NCBI RefSeq assembly: GCF_000143415.4
Contig: NW_003314344.1
Span: 566,336-630,335, forward strand
Direction: 5' to 3'
DNA length: 64,000 bases
DNA from: Selaginella moellendorffii
Lineage: Eukaryota; Plantae; Lycopodiophyta
The position numbers were made by a program, and so were the translations under genes. Under the pieces are notes generated by a model that did no database searches, was not told the DNA's origin, and saw only the letters and a list, made by a program, of their open reading frames with translations. Positions 12,563 through 23,900 of this stretch are shown piece after piece. Positions within the stretch are counted from its first letter, which is position 1. The number at the start of each line of letters is the position of its first letter.

Positions 12563-13492
12563 TCACATCTTATTCTTCTGGAACCACTCTATGAATGAGC
12601 TCATACCAGTCTCAAATGGAGTATATGATTCAAGGAGCAAGAGCTTTGTTGGAGGTTCATAAGGTACCTCCCAGGGTGGCCGATTAAAATTAGCTACTTC
12701 TTCAACATTAGCTTCCTTGTTTGTAAGCTTTGCAATAGCTTTAATCACGCGTCTAAAAGAGATAGGCCGCCATGGTGTCCCAATGTCAAAAAGATTCACC
12801 ATTCCAATGCTGTGAGTTGACAAGATACTATTGATCATCACAGTCACTGCATCATCAATGTATATATAATTTTGTCGCCCTCTACTGAGTGGAACCAGAG
12901 CCCCATGCACAATCTGATCAACAAATGTGTAATATGGAAAGTCAGGACGACCGTATCTCCCATAAACTGTACTAAACCTCCACTCCACAATTGGAAATGG
13001 TAGCTCTGGTGCCAAAGATTCCACCAGCTTTTCCCCAGACCGGCTTGATGGTATGTAGAACCGACTAGGGCTTGCAAAAAAGAAACCTTGGGTTGATGGA
13101 CCACTGCATGCTGCATCAATCAATGACTTTATAGTTCTTTCATTGTCCTCTAAATTCCAGCTATGCTCCTGCTGTGTAAAATCTACCACAATGTTTGGCT
13201 TTTTACTCCTCGTCACTGACATGGCCAGCTTTGGATCTGTTGCACTTCCAATAATCACTTCAATGCCCTTGTTCTCCAGAAGAAGAGTCCTCTCTGAACG
13301 CACCAAATCCAAACCTGTCACCACAAATCGGAGGTTGCGATGATTGTGTGCCGCCAATCCCAAAGCAAGTTGGCTACCAAGGAAACCACTTGCACCCACA
13401 ATCAAAACCCGAAGCTCCTTCTTCTTTTTCAGTTGGAAGATTGCCCATCCAATTAGCAAAAGTGCGAAGACAATGAGCAATAAAAAAGACAT
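12563..13492 (-). CDS. GAE-like epimerase/SDR, divergent (copy 2, recent paralogue of copy 1)
   Basis: Highly similar to 6395-7366 over its length, same motifs, intact ORF. Confidence 0.85.
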   Translation of the reverse strand: MSFLLLIVFALLLIGWAIFQLKKKKELRVLIVGASGFLGSQLALGLAAHNHRNLRFVVTGLDLVRSERTLLLENKGIEVIIGSATDPKLAMSVTRSKKPNIVVDFTQQEHSWNLEDNERTIKSLIDAACSGPSTQGFFFASPSRFYIPSSRSGEKLVESLAPELPFPIVEWRFSTVYGRYGRPDFPYYTFVDQIVHGALVPLSRGRQNYIYIDDAVTVMINSILSTHSIGMVNLFDIGTPWRPISFRRVIKAIAKLTNKEANVEEVANFNRPPWEVPYEPPTKLLLLESYTPFETGMSSFIEWFQKNKM

Positions 13493-13584
13493 GGTGTTTC
13501 TCGAGCCCTAAACTAGGGTAGTTTCGTCAAATTATAATTTACTCCTAATCAGGTGCTGAGATGGAAGTTATTCGTGCGTGAACC

Positions 13585-14320
13585 ATCTTCCACATCACCT
13601 AGACTACGTCTGTCCATTTTCTTTTCTTATGTTTCAGATATGCTTAGCCTCCACCGGATGACAACATCTTAAGCGTTTCTGCTCTTGTGTGAACTTCTTT
13701 TCGGGTTGGCCATGACAGCAGTGCCCCAGCCACCGCTTCCGTGTGACGCTGGTGCTCAGGAAGGAGATCTGGCGAGTGACGAGTTGGAGCTGGAATCTTC
13801 GGAAGAAGAGGTACTCTCTTGATTTGAGAAAGTGTATGTATTGATGAGCCCAGTACAATGAAGAAGGTAGAAACACGAAAGCAAGTGGGCGACAGCAAAG
13901 GATGCTTCTTGAGGCTACGACTGCTATTCAGGTTTGCTATGCTTTCTTGTTTCTCCTCAGCTAAACATGGTATTTACAGATCAAAATTGCTTCCACAGTG
14001 GAAGAGAAATCGAAGGATACGAAGAAGTCATGCAACTCGGGAGGAGCCAGGGAAACGAAAGCTCTCACTTGGAGAAGGTTCCATGTTTAAAGTGAGTTGT
14101 TTCTTTCGGTTGTGTTATGTCAACTGTTCTGTCATTTTCAGAACTACTGCCTGGAACTGTTGTATATTGAAAATTTGGCAAAGGAAGTCGCCCTCTTGAA
14201 GATGGTAAGAAACCCGCAGATTTTTCTTTCCTTTTGCTTTCTTTCCAAGTTTTTAAGAGGTTGGATTCGTAAATGTACAGGAAGATCGCATGAAAGGCCA
14301 ATCTGCAGAGATTGCAGGAG
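13585..14320 (+). pseudogene. U11/U12 snRNP 65K (RNPC3/RBM40)-like pseudogene fragment
   Basis: RYA*PPPDDNIL, MFK|NY..LYIENLAKEV and VQEDRMKGQ resemble U11/U12-65K segments (YAYPPPDGNIL, VLYIKNLAKDV, MQEGRMRGQ); introns retained; stops and indels present. Confidence 0.65.
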
Positions 14321-14344
14321 ACACTCTGGTAAGTGGACAGGTCA

Positions 14345-14580
14345 TTTTATTTCTTTCAATCATCATCGCGTCTGCGACTCTGATTGCTCGCTCCAGATCG
14401 CGATAGATCCACACGCCGCAAGAACAGTCTTGCAAGCCACCTCGTCCGGGGGAAAGGGCATACTCGCCAGCAATCCTCGGAGCAGGCATTCCTTATGGAT
14501 CGGAAGTGCCTCAACAATCTTCTGTGAGAATCCCTGGACCTCCATCTCTGGAAACATCCGGCCTAAGATACGTGACGAAT
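14345..14580 (-). pseudogene. PPR C-terminal (E-motif) fragment
   Basis: LLASMPFPPDEVACKTVLAAC matches the PLS-PPR S2/E1 junction (MPF.PD.V.W..LL.AC). Confidence 0.7.
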
Positions 14581-14788
14581 ATAACTTTATCCCCTTGGCA
14601 AAATTTATTTCTTTTCTTTTCTTTTAGTCTTTTGAGCCTTAACATTGCGCTCACATTTGGCAAATTCTAGCGAGCGCGCGATGGAGCGCGCGATGGAGCT
14701 GGCCGTGAGGGGAATCGGGATCATCCCCGCCTGTCGTACGCATCTGGCTCGGAGGCGCTCAGGTGGTGATTTCTCGTGGCTTCAGATC

Positions 14789-15750
14789 ATGCTGGCCCTC
14801 GTCGCCATTCTTGCAGCCGCCATGCTCGCCATGGGTATCTCGATGACTGTCCAGCTCCGCAAGGAAAAGGAGAAGCCGATCAGGGTCGTCGTGGTGGGGG
14901 CAAGCGGCTTCCTCGGCTATCACCTTGCTCTGGGTTTGCAGGGAAATGAGAAGCCCAAGGTCCGTGTTGTGGGGATCGATGCCAGACACACCGAGAGATC
15001 CAGGCTGCTTGACAAGGCTGGAGTGCACATGATCTACGGGAATGTGACTGCCAAGGATCTGGTCGCCAACGTGGTCAAGCTTGCCAGGCCCCAGGATTTC
15101 TCACAGCAGGAGCATGCCTACTGCCTGCCCATCAACCAGCGCACTCTGGGCGGGACCATCGACGCAGCCACGACGAGCGACTCTGTGCGTGGTGTCTTCT
15201 TTGCCAGCCCCAACCGCTTCTACATGCCGTCGTCTCGATCGGGGGAAGAACTTGCAGCTCTCAAGGCGGGTTATCTTCATCTTGAAGATAACTACATCTA
15301 CATCTTCCTGTTATCGAATGGCGATTTAGTACTGTTTATGGAGAGTTCGGACGGCCTGATTTCCCGTATTTCAAGTTTGCCGAACAGATTGTTGGCGGGC
15401 AGAAGGTCCCTCTTTGGCGGCAGAGGATCGGAAACCAGAACTACATCCACGTCGATGATGCTGTGAAAGTCATGAAACAGATGGTGTTGGGAATCGCTCA
15501 AGTTCCCGGTGTTGTCACTGTGGTGGACATCGGCACTCCAGAGCCACCTCTATCGTTCAGGCAAGTGATCGAGGTCGTTTCCAGGTTGACAGGCAAGGAG
15601 GCATTGGTCGAGGAGGCGGACAACCTGAATCCGCCACCATGGGAAGTTTCTTACGTTGCTCCTACTCAGCTCTATCTGTTGGATCACTACATCAGCTTTG
15701 ACACGGGGATGAGGCGTTTTCTGGAGTGGTATGAACAGCGGAAAAAGAGG
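14789..15750 (+). pseudogene. GAE-like epimerase/SDR (copy 3, older paralogue, opposite strand), frameshifted
   Basis: TM anchor, GASGFLG, FASPNRFYMPSSRSGE; a 23-bp insertion at 15284-15306 shifts PVIEWRFSTVYG.. into another frame. Confidence 0.8.
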
Positions 15751-16079
15751 TATTACTTCTGTTGTACTTCCTTTTTGTTAATTTTGCTTTTGTTGTTTAC
15801 AGGGCTGCGTTTGTGCTTCAGTCGCTCAATCAAACCAAGGTTTGACTGTTCTACTAAGTTCTACTCTGAGAGAACGTCTGAGAGAGAGAGAGAGAGGCTC
15901 CTTTCCAAAGCCAGTTTTGACTCGTTACAAATAAAAATGACGTATTCCTTTTCTATGTCGCTAAGCAGCAATCCATCAGAGCTCTGCCTCCAAAGACTGG
16001 GAGAAAAAAAAAGTCCAATAAGAAAACTAGGAGTCATTCATGTCGTTTACATGACTGGTTGCTAGAAACTATTCACAAT

Positions 16080-17262
16080 TCAGCAAGAAACTACTGGTTT
16101 GAATCCAATCGAAACTTCAGACCGGTCCCTGTAGTAAGATATGATTTGATTGTGCATTGTGTAGCTTCCTAAAACGTGGTTGGTCATACCAGGAGGAGCT
16201 CTTTTAAACCTGAAGCAGACGAGCTTTGTTCCCCGCACAAGATTTGAAACGCTGAAGCTGCTTTTGATTGCTAATGGCATGATGACGTAATCAACAGATG
16301 ATTTGGCACCAGGCATGCTGAATTTGAGTGAAGTCTCTGGCAACTTAATTTTAGCAGCCCAAGCACTAAACCTTTCATTTTTTATGTCGTAGCATAGTTG
16401 GTCGTTTTCTACATCTTCGTCATTGTTAAAAGTTGAGTAATTTTCTGGCGCTTTATAAACAGGCCAAGGAATGTTTTTGATAAAGGTATCCTTGACTGTT
16501 TTGTAGCAGTCACCTGCCAATGCAGCATAAGAACTTCCTGTGTCTAAAATAACATCTTGATCACACTCTTTTCCTATAGTGAACCCATTTATTGTCATGC
16601 TATTTAGGTGAACTCCCCAATGATTATTTCTAACGTAATTTGTAATATTAATCCTTTGTAGCCGCTTTGTGTCGAATGCACCACCCTTAAATTGCATCGT
16701 CCCATTCAAGCGATCTGTTGTCTCGTTATAAACGCTACAGATTTCCATGCTTTTGATGTTATTTGTCCTGCTCATCTGGCTGAAGAAAGAAGATTCATGA
16801 AGCCCATGAGACAATATTCCGGCAATCCTGGTCACTTTGCCCAATGGAGTAGCATTAAGGAACAGCCCATGCGGTACTACAATTCCTGTGGTACCACCTA
16901 TTGCTATATCATATGCCTCAGCCATATAGCCTATTATGCCCGCTTCACCACCTCCATAAGTCACGTTAATGTTACAACGCCCCTGGGAATAACTATAATC
17001 CCATTCACTAGCAAAGTCAGCACATTGATATTCGCTAAAACCATTCAGCTACTCTTGCCTTTTGGAGCTCGTTGGATTGCACCCAAGTGAACCTGCTACC
17101 TGTGTCCACAACCAAGGAAAATTCTGGAGAAGCTCTGGGGTCTCTAGACCTTGGATCCTTGATAATTAAAGTGGCTTCAGGCACATGAAATACTCCAAAG
17201 CGCAGATGAAAGCTAGAAACTCTTGTAGAAGTTATAAGCATCCAAAGTAACAAAGCTAACAT
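16080..17262 (-). pseudogene. Secreted pepsin-like (A1) aspartic protease, probably frameshifted
   Basis: Signal peptide, VVDTGS and ILDTGS catalytic motifs, HVLG near the C-terminus; frame change near 17050 with no evident GT-AG intron. Confidence 0.75.
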
Positions 17263-17309
17263 GAAAAATAATTGAAACTCAAAGGAAGAAGAAAATTTAA
17301 AAACTTACC

Positions 17310-17640
17310 CAAGAGAAAATGCCTAGAGCTCGTCCAGAGCGTCCAAACACTCACAGCCGCCAGGGATCTGAGCGATGCTTCGATAGGATCACTGCCAAGA
17401 ACACGGTGGCCTGGAACTCCATGCTGGTGGGACTCGCGAACCACGGCTGCGCCACCGGGGCGATCCAAACCTTCCACGCGAAGCAGCTGATCGCCAACGC
17501 GGTGACGTTCGCGGCGGTGCCGAGCTCGTGCTCCCACGCGGGATCGATCGGCGAGGCCGGGCAGTGCTTCCAATCCATGGCGGCGGATTTCTTCGTCGCT
17601 GCTACACGCATGCGTTGTGAGTTGAAAGGATTTCTCTTCC
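17310..17640 (+). pseudogene. PLS-PPR fragment
   Basis: CFDRITAKNTVAWNSMLVGLANHG..VTFAAVPSSCSHAGSIGEAGQCFQSM (P2-L2-type motifs), isolated and truncated. Confidence 0.8.
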
Positions 17641-17968
17641 AGCGGCGGTGTCTTCCTCTCCAACAAGCTCATCGAAATGCGTGGCCGGTGTAGAGCTTCA
17701 GCGCTATCCATCTCTGCTGCGCCAGGAGCCGTGGTGAACGAAGCAAGAGAGCAAGAGCCGCGCCAGAGACAATGAACGAAACCAAGAGCTGTGAGACAGA
17801 AGCAAGAGCGAGCTGTTCAACTAATCTGTTTTAAAATGCAAGGACAATCCATGTTCTTCGTATTCACGCGGGGAAATTAGCCGTGGGGCTGCCCTGAAGA
17901 AGATAGTTTCTTTTTTTTTCCTGTGGTAATATAATACACAAAGAAGAAGATGGGGATATTTGTATCCT

Positions 17969-20900
17969 CTAGCAACTTAGCAGCTTGCGAGCCGATGTCA
18001 AGGTCCATTCCGCGGTGCTCGTCCTCATCAGATAGCCATTGGAGAGGTCCTCGTTGGACACCGGCGCAATGCTGCCGCTCAGCCCAATCCCGTGGAGCTC
18101 CTGTTGCAGCCAATCCACGGCTCGCCTCCAGTCCTGCTTCCGACTTAGGACGTGCACACGGGACGCGGGGAACAAATCGACCAGCTTGACAATGAATTTG
18201 ATCAGGCAGTACCTCTTGTGGACCGCTACTGCCTGCACACACACACACACACACACACGTCAGATTCACTCTGGAGCTTTTGGTTTCGTACCTTGCTGAC
18301 TAGAAGGTCCAGAACTCCATTGGGGAAACTCTCGTAACCGAGGAGAAGAACCTCTTGTCTCGTCTGTTGGGAATAAAAACATCAGCTGGATCAGTTCTCT
18401 GTGACAAATCAGCTTTAGCTTTACCGCTTGCAAGCTATCTCCAAGTTGCAAAAGTCTGTACGCCAGTGATAGAATAGGTTTCAATGCTTCACTATTTACA
18501 GCGTGATGAAGGGCCTCCATTACATCTTGCAACACGGCCTGCACGGAGTCACAGTTAGTTCGGCTTCCAACATACGAACGAGCAACAACTTACCACACTA
18601 AACGTTTCATTACGCCAGGAACAAAATTCCACGAGTCTAATAACTTCCTCCTGTTCTGGACATGTCTTGATCTGGTAGACAGGAAAGAAAAACAACTAAG
18701 CCTTCCAGACAAGAGTACGCAGCGCCACATACCAAAATTGAAGTGTACATTCGGTGCCTAAAGACACCTTCGGCCGCATCCTTTGGAATCAAACACAAGG
18801 AGCAAAACTGTTGAGGGTTCGATTGACAGGGCTTCGTTTCGGTGTCCGACTTCTTGTCGACTTCCGGTTCGTCTGTCATAATTTAGCGTCAGACAATCTG
18901 GACAACTTTAGAGCAATCAGCTTACCATAAAGTTTACTAGCATCGCAGCTCCTCACAAGCAAAGAGACGGCCGTGTGGAGGTACACCGCATCTTGTTTTG
19001 CTATTTGGAATTTAGTTGCAAATGTCACCTGCGTAAAGCATTTGGTGTCTAGCAAATGCCAGAGAATCTCAAAAGACAGAAGAAACGCACCAAATGACCC
19101 ACAACAGCTTTCCGAAGCAAATGTAGGCGTGGATAGGGACCCAGTTTTACGTAGTCCAAAAGAACTTGGAAATACTGCAACAGACTTTAGTTGCAGTCTC
19201 AACTATAAGAGAATTGAGCTGTAAACCTGTTGGAGATATGACTTCGGTGACGCGGCTTCTCTCAGCAGTATTACCAGCGTGTCAACCATGGCGTCGACAT
19301 GCAAAGCGTCTTGCTGTCTACCACAATTGTCCACATAAAACACGTTCCCTTGATAAATATTTACGGCCGTCTTTAGAGCATGGACGAGAAGAGCAGCAAA
19401 AGCCTGTTAAATGGAACGATATCAGGAAAACTTACAAAGGATGAAACAAAAGCGTCATACCTGTCGAACTTCTTCAACGGGACACCGAAGGAGGAAATCC
19501 TGCACCCATTGCGGTCTCTCCACCAGCGTGTTGAGAAAACATCGACAGGCGATTATATTGTGATCCAGGAGCTTCCAGATCGTTACCTACAGAGCAAATG
19601 ATTAGAAACAATGCAAGAAACGGTATTGACGAAATCATACCACTACCTTCCATTGATGAAAGTCTTCACGAAGGCTCCCGTGCGTTCTCAAATATACTCT
19701 AAACAAAAATTCTAAAGCTATCCTGATACTATGCTCTGCAAAATCGCTAGCATTCAAGTCCTTGGCCGCTAAATCGGCTTTACGTCCACTTGTCTCACCC
19801 TTCCTGTCTCGGCTGTCGTCAGGTCCACCAACATACCGAGGAGTCCTGCAGACGATAGTTTATAACAGACATTGGAAGACCGGAAAACGCACCTTCCCTC
19901 AATTACATCCGAGTTAGCCTCCACCAAACTGTAAAGAAACTTAAAATAATCCTTATCCAAGAGATGATTCTCGTGTACAAATCTGAAAGCCCATACGTCA
20001 TTAGAGTCCGCAAAGTTAAGAATAGATCCCACAGCCTAACCTTAGATTTTCTTTTCGAACGCTTCGATGTATTGAGCTTGGCATTCTTAGGCGCCTACAA
20101 AAAAAACAAAAAGAACTTCAAAATGTACCGACAATGAAAACTAGTAAATACCCTGTAAATAGTCGATCCATAATCGACTTATCCTTCATTACTTGATCGC
20201 CTTCACCTGATACATTACACAGCAAAATAATTCGTGAATCCATGAACACAACTAACTACCTTTTGTGTGAGATGTCGTTGCTGGCGAGTCCATCGGAGCC
20301 TGCAAAGAGGACGTTATTGTCGAAAAGAACAAAGCCAAGATACATACGTAATTACGGGACCTTTCGTACAACAACATGTACGCACTGTTCGGTCGATCGA
20401 AGTCCTAGACAGGAGACAAAACTTAGCAACTGAAACGACACCCAAATTGTGTACCTGTGGCGACATGGTTTTTAAAAAATTATCATACACGTCCACGCTG
20501 TATTTTCCACCGAAACAATCCTTCTCGAGATCGTTTACGTCATACGGTTCCACTCGTTTATCGTCAAAGGCAATCCACCTGGAATGCACAGGTGCAAGTT
20601 AGAAGCGAGGATCCAAGAATCGTAGTACCAACCTCTCAATATCCCCTTGCCTCTCTTTAATATACGAATAATAATGTCCAGCAAATGCGGTCCCCGAATG
20701 TACAACTACACCCACCAAGTCATACTGATAGTAAGAGTCCGGTTTGGAGTTCAGGCCCCCATTCTCGTTGCAGATACTTCCATCAGTACCACCATTGCTT
20801 GTAGTGGCTGGGCTCGAGCTTTCTTGACTCATGCTGTCACGGAGGGCCAATCCTTCCACCGTAAAAGCTTTCATGTCGAGATGCATCGGAAACTCGAATC

Positions 20901-23900
20901 TGTCCTTGAGCTTCAACCGTTGCATGGTCTCGTAGTCGAAGTCGAAACGCTTCAGGTGAATCACAAGAGTCTGCGGAAGAGACTTCACGCATACCCGCTT
21001 GAGTGCGTCAACCTTCCGGCCACATTCATCACAGTAATATGCGTTGTCAGCCTCGAGCAAGTCCCCTCGCACAAAAGAATCCAGAGATTCGAGCAAATCT
21101 CTTTTGTTCTTCACATCCACGCTGATCGCTGCAAACGGTTCGTCTCTTTCGCTGCAATGGTTACACCCGCGACTAATCACCTGGGGAAAAAGAAAGAAAA
21201 AGATACAAACAAAATGTCATGATCCCAGGACATACAGGCACAATTGAGCATACCTGCTGGACAAAAATGCCGCCGAAGATTTTCGTCAGCGTTGTCTCTT
21301 GGTGTGTCGCTTTTAATGTATCATCAACAGCATCGTATAAGCGGTTGAAAAACTCAAAAGCATCTTGGTGTTCCCGAAGATTGATCGGCATCCCATCGTA
21401 GTCCCGGTACGCATCCCAAAATCCCTGAGGAGTATAATGGTCCAAACTACTGCCAAGAAGAGCCCCAAACATGGTTTGCAGCTGAAAAAAAACTGAGTCT
21501 GCCTTCTCCATGTCGTCGCACTCCTTACATTCTAAAACTGTCCGCCGAACATCCGGTTGCATGTATAACTGCTGGAAGACCGAGTTCATATAGCAGGTGG
21601 CTCCGGCGTTCTTCAGCCCGACGTAGCCACTGAGAGCTTTTCGACCATACGAAGGCAAGTGCTCCCATTCGTGAATATCGGATGAGAAATGAAGTTTCAC
21701 CAGCAGATCCACTATTTCCTTCAAGTTGTCAATGCAGTGGGTGGCCAGGCAAGTCAGCAGCTGAAAAGCCTTTTCGCGACTACGACGAGTCCCGCACCTC
21801 GACTGCAGGACTCTGTCATCGAGCCTGTCGCAGCTGTCATCGTCGATTTTCCATAGCATTGCCGATTCTAGAAATAAGAAACTCTCAACCAGCTGCACAT
21901 TATCACTGTTAGCGTTCTCCTGGTCCGACAAGCAGAAATTTAGTACCTCTTGCACTAGGCCGGTCCCCTGAGGCAACTTGCTCGAGCCAATAAGACGTCG
22001 ATCAAGAACTTCTATCAACACTTTTACTAAAAATAAGTGTCCTTCAAGAAGCTGTGCAGAGAAAACAGATGAGAGAGAGTTGCGATCACAATAAAATAAC
22101 CCACCCTGTCATCGTCATCAGTGGCCTCGGGTGCACATCTAAGCCAAGAAAGCTCTTCCAGAAGCTGCTGCTCCCCCATTGCATGCTCTTCAGGCCCACT
22201 GATGCGATAAAAGAGCTGCCCCAAGAGCTCCAAAAACTGAAACAAAACAGCTCAGTCGCTACGTTAACGTCACTTGGACTTACTGGTAAACAGCGCTTCG
22301 GCTCGGTGTTAGCTTCCGCCTTCGTGTCAATGAGGGCGGCCATAAGATGCCGACGAACGATAGGATGTTTTCCCGATTCTTTGCTGAAGAAATCATAGCT
22401 GTTACAACATTCTGAACAAAAAACATCTTTCACCTCAATCTCAGAAAGCTGGACGCTGCCTGGTATCTGACAAACTCGTCAGGTGAATGTAAAACCATAT
22501 CCTAAGAAGAAATAAGTTGATACAAGTAGAAAAAGAGACAAAATACGTACCACAATAAACCTGCCAACGTCGGGAGATGAAAAGAAAGTTCCAAGTAATG
22601 ATTTATGTGACAGCAGGCATGTCACCTGGTAAGAAGTATGATTTAGAGAGAGAAAGAAATAAAAGAGAAAAACTTACAAGAAGTTCCAGCGCTTCAAGGC
22701 AGAGGTATCGATCGTCCTGGTTCAAGAAGTCCCCACTGTTTTCAAACTTCTGCAAGAATAACGTCTAGAGTCAGTATAGCAGGGTCAGCACATAAAATTA
22801 GACATTGGTCACCTTTTCAGACCTTCGACCCTTCAAAATCTCCGCCAAAGGCGCAGAATTGGCTAGCCAAAGGCGCAGAATTGGCTAGCATAGATATTTG
22901 GCCTAGTGCAGTCCCCCAAGTAAGTCGCTTTAGAGCACCTGCGACTACTGACATGTCGATCACTTCCAGCTGCTCAAAGAAAAGGTTTACATATACGTCA
23001 TTGTCGGAAAACTACTCTGGTTACTTTTTCAACGTTGACGTCGTCGTTAACAGAGATGGTGCTCCCACTTTCAGATTCTTCGACTGTATCTCCTCTGCAT
23101 ATTTAAAAACATCAGAAATCGCTCCCTGTCTGGTACTGAAAATACATACCCGATGATTCGAGTGTTGTCGGAAAGAGAAGTAGTTTGTGTTTCTGACAAC
23201 TGAACATTTCGGAACTAATAAGGATTTGTGAACACAATTTCTTACTCACCAAAAGCTTTAAAATACGTAGGGCGCTAGTGTAACAGCCACGCCGTGTCTG
23301 ACTATCAACCCCCATCATCGCACCAGGTTCGAAAACCGTCATTAAATGCCTGGAACTCGTTTGTTATGTCATGATAAACAATTGGTAGACACAACTTACC
23401 GAAAGCCTCCAAATCGAATAAAGTCATTTCTAAAACGCTGATTTTCGACATTTCGATTGACGGGCATAAGCAAGCCGTCCACTATCTGTGAAAAAAGAAA
23501 ACAAATCAAAATCCCGTAAAATTTCGTATCTATACCTGAAGTGTATACAGGAGTCGACAGTGGGCTCCAAATTGCAAAGTAAGAAACTCTTTTGCTTTGG
23601 CCACTGGCTTCTTGTGTAAATTCTGTCCCGCGTGTCATGAATAATTTGTTCGGACAACGCAAAAACAAGAAACGTTTACCTGAAATTCACTGAGGATTCC
23701 AGGATGTGTTGGCAGCAATGAAAGGAGATAGTTTGCTTCCTGACATTTAAATTTCCGTTAAAAACATGAAATGTACGATGCTGACTAACCTCCCGAACAC
23801 CACCGTGACCCGCCTCGGCAAGTCTGAAAAGGATATCGTAGACCTGCAAAATTGATAATCAGAATGCACAAGAGACAATAGGGTGGGTGTGACGTGTACC

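Noticed and set aside
2501-15750. Biosynthetic gene cluster (UGT plus epimerases)
   Set aside because: No scaffold-forming enzyme, an intervening housekeeping SNARE gene, and the epimerases are local duplicates; proximity alone is insufficient.
18235-18258. (CA)n microsatellite; also small tandem duplications at ~1959-2036, 6286-6400 and 43220-43279
   Set aside because: Ordinary slippage or repair products with no evident function.
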